From contig CM059432.1 of assembly GCA_030390025.1 (NCBI GenBank), positions 130,326,001-130,390,000 on the forward strand: a stretch of DNA of 64,000 nucleotides, read 5' to 3'. Of the stretch, positions 62,660-64,000 are shown in pieces. Every line of letters begins with the position of its first letter. The stretch's first letter is position 1. This stretch comes from Squalus acanthias. Its lineage: Eukaryota. The translations under genes were made by a program, and so were the position numbers. The notes under the pieces are model-generated. The model did not search any database and was not told where the DNA came from. It saw nothing but the letters and a program-made list of their open reading frames with translations.

Positions 62660-63742
62660 TATTTAATAATTCGTTAGAAAAAGGTATCGTGCCAGAGGAC
62701 TGGCGGATAGCTAACGTAATACTGATATTTAAGGGGGATACAACATGTCGAGGGAATTATAGACCAGTCAGCTCAACATCGGTGGGAGGAAAAATAATGG
62801 AATCCCTACGAAAAGGAGAAAACATCTAGGAACCAAAAATATAATAATGAATAGTCAACATGGATTTCAAAAGGGAAAGTCTTGCTTGACCAACCTTATT
62901 AGATTTTTTGAAGAGGTAACAGAGAGAGTAGACAATGGTAATGCAGTAGATGTAATTTATCTGGATTTTCAAAAGGCCTTCGATAAGGTACCCCATAATA
63001 GACTGATGACAAGGTCAGAGAATGCGGAGTCAGGGGACAAGTAGCAGAATGGATTGCTGGCTGGCATTAGGACAGAAAGCAGAGAGTAGGAGTAAAGGGT
63101 AGCTATTCACAGTGGCAGAAGGTGGGTAGTGGTGTTCCACAAGGATCAGTGCTGGGACGACTGCTGTTCACAATTTACATTAACGATTTAGACTTAGGAA
63201 TCAAAAACCCAAATTCTAAATTTGCGGATGACACCAAATTGGGGTGGGATAGTCAATACTGAGGAGGACTGCAACAAGTTACAGGAGGACATTAATAAAC
63301 TTGCAGAATGAGCATATAATTGGCAAATGAAGTTCAACACAGATAAATGTGAGGTATTACATTTTGGTAGGAAGAATAGGGAGGTCACTTATCACTTGGA
63401 GGGTGCGAGTCTAGGTGGGGTAGAGGAGCAAAGGGATCTCGGAGTACAAATACACAAATCACTAAAAGTTGTGACGCACGTTAGCAAGGCCAGAAAAAAA
63501 GCAAACCAAGCACTAGGGTTTATTTCTAGAGGGATAGAATTGAAAAGTAGGGAAGTTATGCTAAACCTGTATCGTACCTTGGTTAGACCACACCTAAGAG
63601 TACTGCGTATAGTTCTGGTCGCCATATTATAAAAAGGATATAGAGGCACTGGAGAGGGTGCAGAGAAAATTTACAAGGATGATACCAGAAATGCGAGGGT
63701 ATACCTAACAGGAAAGGATGAACAGGCTGGGTCTCTTTTCTC
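62660..63742 (+). mobile_element. CR1 ORF2 fragment, interrupted by a Penelope-like element
   Basis: QHGFQKGKSCLTNL, YLDFQKAFDKVPH, FADDTK and WQMKFNTDKCEV motifs. Confidence 0.88.
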
Positions 63743-64000
63743 GAGCGGAAAAACTACGCCATGTTCTTCGCAGCCTTCAACATGTCATCGATGACGACGA
63801 ACACCTTGCTAAGGCCATCCCCACGCCGCCACTACTTGCCTTCAAGCAGCCGCCTAACCTCAAAAGTACCATCGTTCGCAGCAGATTACCCATCTTTCAG
63901 AGAACAGCAACCAAGACACCACACAACCCTGCCACGGCAACCTCTGCAAGACATGCCAAATCATGGACACAGATACCATCATCACACGTGAGGACACTAC
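63743..64000 (+). mobile_element. Penelope-like element (Neptune-type) ORF fragment, runs off the window
   Basis: AEKLRHVLRSLQHVIDDDEHLAKAIPTPPLLAFKQPPNLKSTIVRSRLP then TTQPCHGNLCKTCQIMDTD: the P.LAF.QP.NL...VRS motif and Cys-rich linker that precede the GIY-YIG endonuclease in PLEs. Confidence 0.8.

Overview
Repeat-dense vertebrate genomic DNA, most likely a cartilaginous fish (shark-like; inferred from SacSINE1/DeuSINE-type SINEs, abundant CR1/L2 LINEs and Harbinger elements). The only host gene I can support is NSMCE2 (NSE2/MMS21, the SUMO E3 ligase of SMC5/6). Its last three coding exons lie on the minus strand (27838-27938, 25782-25888, 24559-24667), splice in frame and encode an intact SP-RING domain. 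Everything above 27938 appears to be one large intron. Nearly all long ORFs in the track are retroelement fragments (CR1, L2, RTE, Penelope) or their antisense shadows. Also present: a decayed two-gene PIF/Harbinger transposon, Harbinger- and hAT-type MITEs, and two SINE families. The most notable non-obvious signals are (i) minimal hammerhead ribozyme motifs with compensatory stem changes in short Penelope-like inserts (135-171 and 42077-42114, minus strand); (ii) three different insertions at almost the same position of the DeuSINE body; (iii) a 75-bp inverted patch apparently copied from a neighbouring L2; (iv) a probable internally deleted CR1 with a tandem-repeat head; and (v) two repeat-free motif clusters that could be enhancers. 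I found no convincing wholly new protein-coding system. Repeat boundaries are by eye and approximate unless a TSD/TIR is cited.
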